A stretch of 64,000 nucleotides of DNA, taken from assembly GCA_013265495.1 (NCBI GenBank), contig MU058781.1, forward strand, positions 3,016,158 through 3,080,157, written 5' to 3'. Under the pieces are notes generated by a model. That model saw only the letters and a program-made list of their open reading frames with translations, had not been told where the DNA came from and searched no databases. The DNA comes from Vicugna vicugna (taxonomy: Eukaryota). Positions 40,401 to 53,900 of this stretch are shown here, piece by piece. Made by a program: the position numbers and the translations under genes. Each line of letters starts with the position of its first letter. The first letter of the stretch is position 1.

Positions 40401-41779
40401 ATATAGTCTTCTTTATGGTATAAAACATATAGCATAGCATAGTTACAATAAGAATTAAAATATTTGATCACAGCTAAGAAAATAAATTTAAAATAATAAT
40501 TTATATAATACTTAAAAATAAGTTAATAAAGAATTGCCAGAAGGCACATTTATATGCACCATATTGATCAAAATGTTCTTAATTTGAATATTCAGGGATT
40601 AGCATCTTTAACACAGTTGATGCTCTATAAGTGTTTGTTGAGTGATTGAATACGGTATTAGAGAAATCTTAGCCATAAATAGTCAGGAAACTAAATATTA
40701 ATGCAGTTCCCAGGTGGCATTTTAAGTCTTATAGCCTGTTCTATTTCAAAATTAAAATGAAATGGTATACCTGTAAGATCTATATTTTCCCTGTATCCTT
40801 TAAAATCACTGGGGAAAGTAATACTAGCTAAATGGCAGGATTCAATCAAGCTGCAATATATCCCTTTGAAATTCGCACATAGACTAATCCTTACTGCTAG
40901 GCACTGCCTGTAAAATCTGACCACAAACGACAAAGAACTGTTGTTTTTTTTCTTTTTTCCCCTTCTTCGTCACAAGCATATAAACTGACAGGAGCAAATA
41001 AACTATTGGTCAGAATAAGTGCATAAATAGATTTTCTTTCGTACATTTTAATACAAAAATATTTTTAAATTACTTATGGAGTTACTCTCTGACATACACA
41101 ACTTCAGTTCATCATCATTATTTATTATATAAGTAAAAGGGTTAAAATTCAAGTGCAAAGAGAAGATAACTTGTAGAGCTATTTTTCTCTTTGACTTAAT
41201 AAGGTGGAAAAGGGGACATACATTATAGCCATATAGAGTACATATACATACATATATATAATGTACATATTGTTATGTTTTATAAACAGAAGAGGGCCTG
41301 AAGGAACAAATAATAGATGTACGTTTTTCCTCATTGTATGATACAAGAAAAACTCTAGAAAAAAAAAACAGCTAGAATCTTCACATTTTGTTTCATAACT
41401 CTCCCCATCCACTTTAGTAGGTAATAAAGTGGATGTTATTTCTAGGGCGGGGGATAGGTGGAATGTGGGCCATGTTGACATTTTAATTGCTTTAATTTAC
41501 AATTCTTTGATATAATGAAGGATAGTTAAAATAGAAGAAAAATCAATTTTATGGCCTTATTGAATGGTGATGGATTAGCATGATTTTTTAAACAGGTTAT
41601 CAAGGGACAACAAGAATAATCTCATTTAATGTTTATGAAGGCAAGTGCTGTGTAAAAGCCTGTAGATTTCCTATTGATCTTTTCTGCCACATTTGTATGC
41701 CTTATACTAACAGTTCAGTAGCAGAATCTTTGAACAGTAAATGCTTGGGCTATAATTGTAGACATGAGGATTCAATATG

Positions 41780-41907
41780 CAGTCGGCCCTCTGTATCCAT
41801 GATTCTGCATCCACAAATTCAACCAACTGTGGGTATGGAGGGCCAGCTGTACTAGGCTATTTCACATAAGGGATTTGAACATCTGTGGATTTTGGTATCT
41901 GCAAGGA
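41780..41907 (-). mobile_element. MER2/Tigger-family DNA transposon fragment
   Basis: cagtcggccctctgtatcc...ttcaaccaac...ggagggccagctg inverted ends, plus the tgtggattttggtatc segment. Confidence 0.7.
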
Positions 41908-42505
41908 ACTCAGTGTGGCTGGAGGGGATTGAATCAAGTGGTAGGAGGGATCAGGGAGCAGATTACAGAGGGTCTGGTGGGCCACTGTCCACTCCTATTG
42001 AAATGTGGTGCAAGGCAAGGATTTGAGCGTAAGAGTAACATGATCTAAATAGATATTAAAAGGATCACTGGGGCTGCTGTGTTAAGAACAGACTAACTAT
42101 AATGGGGCAAAGAGGAAGCAGGGAAGCTGGCTTGGAAGGTATTATAGTTGATGAGATGGTGCTGAGAGATGGTGCTGGTTCAGCAACGTGGTACAGCAGA
42201 AGCAGTGAGAAGTTGAATTCTGTATGTGTGTGAAAATCTAGCCAACAGGCTTTCACAATGGACTGAATGTGGTTGTGAGAGAAGGAAAGGAGCAAGGAGT
42301 ACCTCAAAGTTCGGCCTGAGCAACTAGAAGGATAGAAGGACCATTTTGGGGTGTGGGGAGGATGGTCAGGATTTCAAATACTGACATGTCGAGTGTGAGA
42401 TGTCTACTAGACATGCAAGTGGAAGTATCCAATAAGCAGTTATGCATGTCTAAGGTTAAAATGAGATCTGGCCCAGAAATAGATACTTGAGTTGTCAGCA
42501 TATAG
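41908..42505 (-). mobile_element. LINE-2 fragment
   Basis: Purine-rich L2-type text (aaaggatcactggggctgctgtg, tgagatgtctactagacatgcaagtgga, gtcagcatata). Similar relics at ~22640-23110, ~33170-33680 and ~53350-55150. Confidence 0.7.
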
Positions 42506-42896
42506 AGAGAGAGCCCTTATAAAGGGCTTTGTAAGCATTTGCTCATTTATTTCTCATTTCCCAATGACCCTATGAGACGTATTATTATTCTTCTTCTCAT
42601 TTTATCTATGCAAAAACTAACGAAAAAGTCAAATAACTTAGCAAAGGCAATGAAGCTAATAAGAGGAATAAGAGGAAGAATTAGAATTCAGATCATGTTT
42701 TATATGATTTCAAAATCTATATTTTAATGGCCATGATTTATTATAAGAGAGCAAGCTTATGTTATTAGATTTGTTATGAAGTCACGTATTCAGCTGAACA
42801 TGGCTAAGAGAAAGAAAGAGATGGAATTAGGAATGCATCTTAGTTCAATATTTTAAAAAATGTTTGTCTAGGATTCACTGTAAGAAATGCACTTTA

Positions 42897-42952
42897 GGAA
42901 TTTGACACAACACTGTAAAATGATTATGAATCAATAAAAAATGTAAAAAAAA
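42897..42952 (+). mobile_element. Extremely 5'-truncated young L1 (48 nt of 3' end plus poly(A))
   Basis: Perfect 15-bp TSD AAGAAATGCACTTTA at 42882-42896 and 42953-42967; 42897-42944 is identical (48/48) to the reverse complement of 56786-56833. Confidence 0.93.
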
Positions 42953-43523
42953 AAGAAATGCACTTTATATCACCTCTCATACATATTGATAATTGGAATA
43001 AAATATTCCTCAAAATACCCTTATAATGTGCAAATGTACTCTGATGTTTTCTGTATTATCCCATCCTTTCCCACTTCATTTTATTCTAACATATTTTAGT
43101 TATCAAAGTGCTAGTTTTGACCCATTGGAATGATTTTTGTAACCCACAATTTAAAAAAGATTAATTAATTGATAGTTTTTTTAGGAGTGATTTCTGCAAG
43201 GAAAGGCTTTTGCAAGGAAATCCCTCTTTCATACTTCTACTATCTCCCTAGGAGTGTGGTAAATGTATTCTCTTAGCTGGACATGAATCAAATTGAAAGA
43301 GAAAAACCCCAGGGTACAGGCCAACTTAGTTATTGGATACAGTAGGCACAGAGCCCAGCCTCAGGATACACTTAGAGCCCACAGAAATGTTTTAATTTCT
43401 TCTGAAGTCAGAAGAAAAAATAAATATAATCCAACCTGTTTTACATACATCTTTTTTACCAACACATATAAATATTTTGTAATATTTATATCATAAAATA
43501 TATTTTAAGTTTTTTTTTGTGTA

Positions 43524-43672
43524 GGGGGAAGGGTATATATAGCTCAAGTGGTAGAGCTCATGCTCAGTACCCAAGAGGTCCTGGGTTCAATCCCCAGTAT
43601 CTCCTCCAAACCGAAATCAATGAAGAAACCTAATTACCTCCCCCTCATAAAACAAACAATACAAGCCAAAAA
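43524..43672 (+). mobile_element. tRNA-derived SINE, camelid Vic-1-like
   Basis: GGGGAAGGGTATA...TAGCTCAAGTGG (A box 43540-43551), GGTTCAATCC (B box 43584-43593), then the AAACCTAATTACCTCCCCC tail and A-rich end that I recall for camelid SINEs. Confidence 0.8.
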
Positions 43673-43816
43673 ATTTTATGTTAAAAGGCATCTATATACA
43701 CAAACGTGCCTAGGACCCAAGAAAGTCATAATGCAGCCCTGCAAAGGGTGGAGGGAGGAGCAGTGAGAAAAAAATTCTCTTTTTTTGAGATTGGATGGTG
43801 ATTATGAGATTATATC

Positions 43817-44032
43817 CTGGAGCTGGACTTTTTGGGTTCAGAACCCTACTCTATTACCTACTAGCTGTGTGACCTTGGGCAAGGCATTTAACCTTACCCT
43901 GCCTCAGTTTTCTCACCTGTAAAAGGGGACTAATAATGGTTACCACCTTGGAGGTTTGTTTTGAATAACAAATAGCTTTTTAAACATGGAAAAACTTAGA
44001 ATAATGCCTGCCACATAGTGGGTATTCATTAC
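43817..44032 (+). mobile_element. MIR SINE (representative; other MIRs at ~905-1050, 13452-13670, 16420-16570, 23900-24070, 25920-26370, 48170-48375, 52540-52752)
   Basis: Core ctagctgtgtgaccttgggcaag...tgcctcagttttctcacctgtaaaa...gcctgccacatagt. Confidence 0.85.
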
Positions 44033-47000
44033 ACAGTGAAGAATGAACTCCATTATTCCATTATATTTCTGTGTTCTGTCTCACTTTTGTTCTATTCTTC
44101 CAAGATACTATACAAAAAAGTGCCCTTTTAGGTACCACATCTTACAAGACCAAATGTGGTACAGACTCAGAAAGTCTCACATAAGGAATAAATTTTCTTA
44201 AGTAAATTTTACCCTCATCCAATCCTTCTTGCTTATACTACAGAATGAATAGGACCTGCCCAAAATGCGAAAGTAAGTCACCCTCAAACTCAAAGTTATG
44301 GAAATCTACATTAAGAATACTCTGTCTTCTGAGTAGAGTTGAATGGATCAACGTTGAAATGTCTTTTGCAAAAGACACATGAAAACGACCATGTGGAAAA
44401 CAACCTACTGGACTTTCCAACAATCCTCTAAACTTGGAGGAGGTGTTGTGAGGGAAGGGGAAAAAAAGAGCAGAGAAAGAGATGCAGGGAGAAGAAAGGA
44501 GGAAGGGGATAAGACAAAGAACAAAACTCAGTTTGAGGAAGCCATCCATATCGGTCAGGAGAGTATATCAAAAATCACAGAATCTTGATTTTTGAGAGTC
44601 AAGAGGAATGTCTTCTCTGAGCAATTAACACAAGGGTTCCATGATGGGTTTGGAGACTTGCTGTTTCCAAAATCTGTCTTGTATTTATGAGCTGAATCAT
44701 CTCTCAATCTTTGAAACCTGTAATGTGGGGATAATACTCTGCCCAATTCTCATTGTTACTTTGAGGACCAAATGTGAAAATGCTTTGCCAACAGCCAAGT
44801 GCTGTAAAAAGGCAAGAAACAGATATGATCTGGGTGAATGGAACAGCTAAATGTCTAGCTCTGACACAAATAAAGCACACAAATGGAAATGCGAGAAATA
44901 GACTAATTCTACCTAACACGTTGCCTCTGCCATGGCCAAAATTTCAGTACAGCCTTAATAGTCCAGAAAGACTAAATACAGCATCTACTGATTTATAAAT
45001 TTAGGCTATATTCATGCCTCCACTGTCAATTCCCATTATTGTATGAAATGTGGTCGCCCTAGGATATTATTATCCATCCATAAGAAACAAAATGCTTGAA
45101 TTTTTACAAGAGTTTGTGCATTGCAGAAATTTTTCACTTCTTTAGTGTAGTCCCAGACACCCTTTAACTTTCCACCTGATAACAGTCCTGGAGGAGGTAC
45201 CTGTCATGTTCAAGTTACGAGTAACTGCACACTAGAACTACAGGCCAGTGCCATGTAAGGGCATTAGATCACCTTGGCCTTCAGCAGACCCTCAACCAAA
45301 CAAACAACCAGGTGCACCCTCCTTTCACAGTCTCCTCGCCTCTTCTCTTCACCCTCTCCTTCTTCCCCCAACTGAATATCAGATATATATGTGTATATAT
45401 ATATATATGGTAAATATATGCATTTACCTTAAAAAACACAACCAGAGGTTTCAAGGCAAAACCTTCATTTCTGAGAGAAAGAGAGAGAGGGTTAAATGAC
45501 CCCAGTGTATCTGCAGAAGTCTAGGGATGTTCATTGCCTCCCACTCCAATCATAGAATTACTCAGTTTGCACAGCTGTGGAGCCAGTGGAGCCAGCTGCC
45601 CTGCGTTCACCCCAGACCTCGCTCCATGCTGCTTTCCAGCAACATCCTTGCTATATCTGGTCATGATGCTGGCAGTAATAGCTGAGAAGCAACTGTTTCA
45701 GTAAGAAAAGTGACTTCTACCAACAGTTTTGGCATAGACTCAGAGCTGTCCTACATGTAAGGAAACTTCTTAGTTCTAGAAACAATTTCTCCATGTTCGA
45801 TTTGATCAGTTGAAATAGAACAGGCAAAAACAAAATTATTAGTGACTAGTTTTTTATTTTTATTCTTTCTTGTCTTTGACTTTTACAGTTTGAAGGCTCT
45901 TCTAAGCTATGGATTTCATTCATATTAAAGCAAAATTTTTCAGCCAATATCTGGGTCTGGAGCTATGATGGGTAATGCAGACCACACCAAATTTTGGTTA
46001 ATCTTGGGTTCCCCTTTATACATAATGTATGATGCCACATGATTTTCATGAGTGTATTTTACTCCACTTTGACATAAAAAGATATTTGGTTAACAGACCT
46101 TATGCAAATTAAATGCTTGATACATTATTACAATTTTGTAAAACTTCACAGCAACTAAATCTTTCCTTAAGTTGTAAAATGCCTGAGGTAGTTTTCTTTT
46201 ATCCACTTATGTAAGTAGTTCATTCTGAGTATGCAGAAATAAATCATTAGTGTGGTTTCTGACATTTTAGCTAAAGATTGTCCCTATAACCCCATGCACT
46301 ACTCAATTCTCACCACAAAAATCCTCTCCATTTTTTAAGCAAACAGACAGCATGGTCAGTGGTCACAGTAAACGATGCTTGGTTTGTTTATTTAGTTGAT
46401 TCTAAGTTTCGCCTTTGTTTTTCAGAATTTATTCATGTCTGCACCTATACCCTTTCAGGTATCTTAGGAACATTTATATTTCTCAGAATAGGAGATGTGC
46501 TTTTATTTTTCTTGTTCACCAGACCAGAGTCAAACCGTGTCACCACTTGTCTCATAGAATGGCAACCACATAAACAGAAGTGGGTGTTACATCTCAGACC
46601 AACTAGAAACATCCATAAAAATAATACCAGGTCAACCCAAAGTAAGCGCAAATCAGACTTAAACTCACTTCATTGGCCTCTCGGTTACAGCTTGTATAAT
46701 GTGATGTGTATGAACAATTTCTGCTGTAAAGTTGCCTCATAAAGAAATATATCATCTACAGCTTCCTTTCATAAACCCAATTATAGGAACAGTTCAGTAG
46801 AGTTATAGCTCTAGGATCTGTGTTCTATATCCTCCTTGGTTCTACTTATTAAAGACACTGAAGTGGAAATACTGAAGTGGAGAGGAAACGGTGACTGAAT
46901 TTAGCCAACACAGAAAAGACTGGTGTCATCACTCAATCAGGCATAACTTTAGTTCTCTCTGTTGCTATATTGTCATCTTCATTTATTATAGGTGATTTGT

Positions 47001-48845
47001 CTAAAGAAAACCTATAAGCAGGCCCTTTGTGCACAAACATGAATAAATTTTCGATATCTCACTGATGTATTTGCAAAAAATTGTGCATAATTCATTAGAA
47101 AGTATTAGTTGGCTATTTAATTTAAATTCAACCATCATAGTACTTTGATAACTGAGATTTTTGGTGGCAAGTGGCAGAGAGTTAAATAACAATAATAATA
47201 AAACACATTGTTCAATAATAATTGATAAAAATGTTAGGGGGAAAAAGTCCAATTGTTGAAGATGTGATTCCTTTTAACCTTATACCAAGGCTCAGACCAT
47301 ATTAAATTTGTTATCTCAAACAGAGTTGAGTGGTGATACTGGTTTTAAAAAGAAATCACACATGTTATATTGAAAAAGCCTAAAAAAGGACCAAGTAGAG
47401 AAATAGATTTAATGTGCAGATGGAAGCTTTCCTGTAGCCAAGACTCGCCATTCAGTACTAGGGGGAAGTGAGAAGCATGTTATGGCTACTAGTGCATTGA
47501 TTCAGATATTTATTGCATTCACTGCCATTGGACAAAAACACCCAACACTGGTGTATATTAAAGCTGGTGTGATGTTCTTTCCGGTAGCTGGTTCTCAGTG
47601 GACTTTGTTCTCTGTTAGTCTGTTGAAACCTCAACTACGGTCTGATAACCACAGGAAATCTTGAGCGCATGCTAGTGTCTTGTTAAATTATAACTCGTTT
47701 CATCTCTCTCATGCTTGCTCTGTAGCGACCTGAGGGAAAACAATTGTGTTATTTATATGGGTTCATAAAAACATAAATTTTTCCATAGGGCCGTAGTTTC
47801 CATAAATCTATTGCTGGAGTTCATTATCTTCCTTCCCTGAGTGGGAGAACGGTTTCAAGCCTTAGGTTCCTGTAATTTCTCCCATTATGTTCCTGGCTCT
47901 GCCTAGTGTTCAAATAAAATGCCTTGTTGTGATGAAGACCTAGAAGCCGTACAATTAGGAGCAGATAAAGAAAGTATGGCAGCAAGTAAAAGGTAGAAAT
48001 CTGGTCTTCCCAGGGATAAATTTCCTGGAGTACCCACAGATTTATAATACACCGTCCTACATAGAAGGAGAAAAATGTCTAGGGCATGTTGGTTCACGTG
48101 AGGATCTCTGGTCAGGCAAAGGTGTAATGACCCTTCTGACAGCTCTTAAATAATTGCGTGTAGAGGGAAAAGAATGGATTTGTGCCAGACATACCCAGGT
48201 ATGAATTCTGACTCTGTTTGTCAGTTTTAAAGCAAGTTTATTATAGTTATAAACTCCGGCTTGCTTACCGATAAAATAAAAAGTCTAAGAGTGCTCATTT
48301 CTCAGAACTGTTGTGAGAATTACATGAAGAGGGATATAAAGCAAAGGACCTGGCATAGCAAGTGCTTAATAAACACCTTTCAAGCATTTCAAGCAAGGCA
48401 CGTGCTCAGTTTAGTTTATAGACATAAAATATCAACGTCGTATCACAGTGACAGTTATTTCACTACATTATTAAAGCCCTCTGATCAAACATGGACACAA
48501 TTTTCAGGAAAGAAAGGATGACTTGCTATAGTTTATTGTGACTTATTTCATTACATGACAACATAACAAACATTCATCAAAGGCTCAACGTAGATTTAAC
48601 AGTTTCATCAACAGCTGAGTCCATCAGTAGGGACATCAACATCCAGTGGACTCCGCTTTCTGAGAGAAGGAACTGAGTCCTTCTTCACCCCTGAAGCCTC
48701 AGTACCTGGCACTGGGCATGACCTGTGAGGGATGCTCAGAAAGTTCTTGTCATGAGAAATGTATCAGGGTAATGGCCACTTTGCTGTCAGTGTGTCTTTA
48801 CACCAAACTTGTTGGATTTCTTCTTCAAATTTTTAAGAGGACTTT

Positions 48846-48928
48846 TTTCATTTTTTCATTTTTAGTATTTTATTGAGATACAATTGACATATAACATCAT
48901 GTAAGTTTAAGGTATATAAGGTGCTGAT
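48846..48928 (-). mobile_element. Short L1 3'-end stub
   Basis: ttttattgagatacaattgacatataacatcatgtaagtttaagg resembles the 3' end of the L1 at ~30097-30142; flanked by the direct repeat AGGACTTT. Confidence 0.6.
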
Positions 48929-48934
48929 AAAAGG

Positions 48935-49752
48935 ACTTTATTTTTTTAAGAAGAATTTTACCTGAGAGAAAGGTACAGAGATTTCCCGTATATCACCTGC
49001 CCTAACACACCCATACCCACCCCCACTCTTATCAACATTCCCCACCAGAGTGGTACATTTGTTACAACTGATGAATCTGCATTGAAGCTTCACCCAAAGT
49101 CATCTTCGCCCAAAGTCTGTAGTTGACCTTAGGGTTCACTCTTGGTGGTGTACTTTCTTTGGGTTTGGTAAAATATATGATGACAAATATCCATCAATAT
49201 AGTATCATACAGAGTATTTTCACTGCCACAGAAATCCTCTGTGATCTGCTTACTCATCTCTCTCCCTCCCTGCAAAACTCCTGGCAGCCACTGTTCTTTT
49301 TACTGCCCTCATAGTTTTGCCTTTTCCAGAACGTCATATAGTTGGAATCATACAGTGTGTAGCCTTTCCAGATTGGCTCCCTTCACTTATATGCATTTAA
49401 GATAATATGCATTTAAGTTTCCTCTATGTCTTTTCATGGCTTAATAGCCTATTTCTTTTTGGTGCTGAATAGCATTCCATTGTCTCTATGTACCACAGTT
49501 TATTTATCCATCTGCCTGCTGAAGGACTTCTTGGTTGCTTCCCAGTTTTGGCAATTATGAATAAAGCTGCTATAAACATCTGTGTGCAGGTTTTTGTGTG
49601 GACATAATTTTCAGCTCCTGTGGGCAAATACCAAGGAGTGCGATTGCTGGATCATATGGTAAGAGTATGTCTACTTTTGTAAGAAACTGCCAAACTGTCT
49701 TCAAAAGTGGCTGTACCATTTTGCATTCCTATCAGCAATGAATGAGAATTCT
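48935..49752 (-). mobile_element. Old L1 3' fragment (L1MB/MA-like)
   Basis: ORF track TCTQMFIAALFIIAKTGKQPRSPSAGRWINKLWYIETMECYSA is the ORF2 C-terminus; L1-type 3'UTR lies to its left. Confidence 0.85.
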
Positions 49753-50714
49753 TCCTCTTCATTTTTTACTGACATCTATAAACATCTTCATATATCTGGT
49801 TCTCATTTACATTTGACAATTTCTGTAAGCAGGGATAGAACAAAGAAACAAACTTACCCCCCAGAGCTGCCTACAAGCCAGTCAGGTCTCTCAGCTTTGC
49901 TGTGTGCGTCTCTTTAGCCCCTCCTCTTCTGCGGAAAGATCCGCAGACTTGATGTGCTCTAGTTTGTGTCAGGATTCTGAAAAATGTGGAACAAAAGGGT
50001 TATGTTGATTTTTACGCCTGTTACATTATCATTGCAATAGCACTTGTGATGATACCATTAACTTTTTCTCATCAATATTCAGTTCATGGTCCCCTCTCAA
50101 GTGAATCCCTAGATGTGAAGAAAGGTGCAGTTCTTGCAAAGGAGCCTAGCTGTTACTTCTCCCACACATCAGAAATAGGGATACCTTTGATTTTACCCAT
50201 CTTGAAAATGTAGAAATAGAAATGAAGCAGGTACAGCTGATCATGATGTGTTTCTCCTCATTGATCCAGCGTTTCTTTCCTTTTTGAGCTGAACTATAGG
50301 AACTGACGTCATTGTGACAAGATCATGGGAGCCTCCCATTTTATGTATTTCTCAAAAGTATACCTAAATTTTATAAAATAAACCGTACCAAAATAGAAAT
50401 AACATGCTCTCTGTTAGAGGCCATCCTTCATCTCCAAGTCCTTAGATAATGAACTTGGAATCAACAGAATTTTTTAAAAATTCTGAGTCAGACTCAGGGT
50501 GCCTTTAAATTCAGAGCAGGAAGATTATTGAAATATTTAACGAGTTGAGCTTGAAGTTTAAAGATTACCTATTCCAATTAACATATCTTGCAAATAAGGA
50601 AATTATGTCCTAGAGAGTCTGTGGTTCCTCAAGAAGAGAAAAAAGAAAGTAAAAGGGAAATTCCTCAGATTCTAGACATTTAAAAGTAGCTCAGTTTCAG
50701 GTATGAGCTAGAAT

Positions 50715-50900
50715 CAACTGATATAGGGTCGTGGGAGCCAACTGGGTACATCTCTTCCCAGCTGCACATTCAGTGACATCATATTAGTAGTTTGCAATCA
50801 TCCTTGAGGGAGTCTTTACCCCCTGGAAATCAGCAAGCACTACTATAAATAAGAGAATTTTAAAAGAGCTGGTTGTTAAACATTTACCAGCACACTAGTG
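50715..50900 (-). mobile_element. MER63-like (hAT-Blackjack) relic
   Basis: End sequence agagctggttgttaaacatttaccagcacac matches my recollection of the MER63 terminus. Confidence 0.5.
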
Positions 50901-53900
50901 CTCAGTTCACAGAGCTGAGCCTGATATTTGATAGAAATAACTCTAAGCACCATCTGAGTATAATATATAAGTGGTTTAGGCATGTTTTAATAGATGCTAA
51001 AAATGTCAAAGGAAAGGCATCAGACTATTTTTGTTTGATCAATTTAATTTGACAACTTAACATTCAAATGTTTATTTACTTCAAAGGATCTAGGGGTATG
51101 TTGCTAGGTGAGGTTGCTATTTTATTGCTTTACTATTACTTTAATATGGAAAAATCAGTGTGGCTAAGGTGAAGGATATAAGCATGTCTACTGAAAATAT
51201 GCTTTCATCTTTAAAATAGATATAAATATGTATGATACCATTTAATAATTTTTCATGGAAAATATTTTATCACTGTATACTATATTTGGGACACTTACGA
51301 AGATGAAAATGGATTTCTTTTTGCAGTCCATCCAATAATAAAATCAAGTTGGTCAGTGTTGCAGCATATTATGCAGCATTTCCACATTTCCCAGCTAATG
51401 CTACTGTAATACATTAACGCGATTTGGAATCCAGTTTCAATCAAATTAATGGTGAATCAGTTATAATGTCCCAAAACCAGCCTTGCCAACTGGTAAGAAG
51501 CATCTTGAAGCAGGGAGTTGACTGCTATTTAGAATTCTCCCAGCTGTCTGTCCTTAGCACAACTGCTAGATTACACCAGAATATTTTCTTGAAGTCATCA
51601 TAAGTAGGCTTTCCAAAGAGACACTTTTAAAATTATATTTCAGTTTCTGCAGGTCACATATATTTTTCAAGCAGGGGAGAGAAAGCTTTTTTGTTGTTTT
51701 CTCAATAGTTGTTAATGGATAGTGAGTGCAGTTGTAGATGAAATGAGGGCCCCAGAGGAACACCTGTCTTGCTGTAGGGAATTTGAACAACTTCCTTTAC
51801 ACTCTTTTTCTTTTTAAAATGTGACTCCATGACAATCATAAAGGAGTATCCATGCATACACTAAGAAACCAAATTAGAACCTCACAGTTTATGCATCAGG
51901 GTGGTATATGGTAATAGATGAGAATATTTGTTCTCATGGTGCATCTTTAAAGCTCTCTAGGTCATTTCTGAGCATTCTGACATACAGAAGAAAATGTATA
52001 AAGGGATTCAGAATGAGAGGTCATTAATTAAGAAAATGGCCAAAGAATGGAGAATTCCAGGGAAATCACAAGGCAAACTTAAAAGGTATTAATAAATCCT
52101 GTTTGAATTACTTTAACATATTCCAGCTGGATACATAAATCAAGCAGAAAGTGTTAGTGTTATGTGGACTAAAATTATTGCATAATGGGCCTGGCAGTTT
52201 TCTTTGATATAAAAAGGGAGACCTGGTTCACTGGGACAATTGATACATCAATTGGGAACTGCAATGCCCTGATTTTGACAAGTCTGATGTGACTTGGTAC
52301 AACAGCTTTTCTTTCTGTGAGGACAGTTACTTAGCAATACTATCAAACCCCTTTTGGGGAACAGATCCTGGCAAGAACAATAATCACCATCAAACTCTTG
52401 TTGGACAAAAGGTCCTGAGAAAAGATTGGATTTTTCCTTATTTAGGATCTTGATAGGATGAATTCGTATGGTTGGCCAGCAAATTTCTTTTCACCTTCTT
52501 GTCCTTTGAGAAAGATGTTGGTCTTGGTTGGTGTCTATGAGTCAGACCATGGACTGTGGAGTGGACCCTCACTAAGTGTGGGACATTGAGTTAGTTGTTG
52601 AACTCCTCTGTGCCTTTCTTCTCTTTCAATAAATCAGGGATAATAATAGCATCTATTTTACAGTTCTGAGGATTAGTTAAGGCAATATGTATAAAGTCCT
52701 TAAAGAGTTTCTGATACGTAGTAAGCACTCAGCAAATGTTCGCTGATGTTATTAGTGGGGACTGCCGGCCCAGTCAGCCCAGGATGCTAATAAGCTTTAG
52801 AGACTCGGCACCTGCTGGGAGAAGAGCACAGACAGACTAGGGGTGAGCAGAGCCAGCTGGCTCAGCTGTGGATCTCTCTGTGAGTCGACGCTTTTGCTTT
52901 GTTCCTTGTTCTGCACAGATCTGCTTAGAGGCTCAGAGGAAAACCTCTTTAACCCCCTACGTGGAGTCTTGGCTGAAGCAACCTGTCCCAAGCCATCATT
53001 CAGGCTGTGACTAAGCAGATTCAATGTTCAAGCCTCTTTTAGATAACTTAGGAAATTTATGGGGCTAAGTATTTAACTCAGTAGGCAGGTAAAAGATGTG
53101 ATATACCAGTGTTTAGTCATTTTGAATCCTAACTGCTTGAGATGATTATGCAATTTGAAATGCCACAAGACGTGGGAAGCAGAGTATGAGTCAGTGTAGA
53201 CTTATTCCTCTTGCCCTTTCATTTGGAAAGCCTCCTTGGTGTGTCCTCCCACTGATAGAACTCGTTTACCTGGTTTCACAATTATCCCAGCAGGTGATAG
53301 TGGAGCCAGTGTTTTAGGTGTTAGTACAGCTATTTTATATCATACCTCTGTTTAGCATCCCCTGCACCCAGACCCTGTGCTGGGCTCTAGGGACACAAAG
53401 ATAGGTAGGGAAACCCCTAATTCTTAGGAGCCCGAGTCTGCTTGGGTAGAGGAATAAAAAACAGATGGTTCTGATGCAAAGTGTCATAGTCTAGGCACAG
53501 ACAGAGAATCACTGGACACAGACAATGAAGAGACCAGCCCTGCCTGGGAGAATTGGCGAATCCATCTTGAGGAGAACAGTTGGGCTGATCCTCAGAGAAT
53601 GAGTAGATTTTTCCCATGGATGAAATCATATGTAGAGGCACATGGAAGAAGGGTTTTGGGATTGAAGAGCATTCTAATCAGAGGAAACAGTCTGCACAAA
53701 ATCCATTTGGCATTTAGGGTACCCTGGTTCACAAAGATTTTATATGTATTCCTTTAAAAACTACATGTATGATGTGTAATGCCCTGAGCTGGCTGTGGGC
53801 ATCTCTGCCATTAAGGAGCACAGACTAGAGAGAAGACAGCAATGGAAGGAGACTGTGATGTAACATAAGTGCTGTAACTGTCAGGAGGAAATAGATCTCC

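Noticed and set aside
43540..43615. Possible tRNA gene
   Set aside because: A/B boxes are present, but I see no intact cloverleaf and it is followed by a SINE-specific tail; it is a tRNA-derived SINE.
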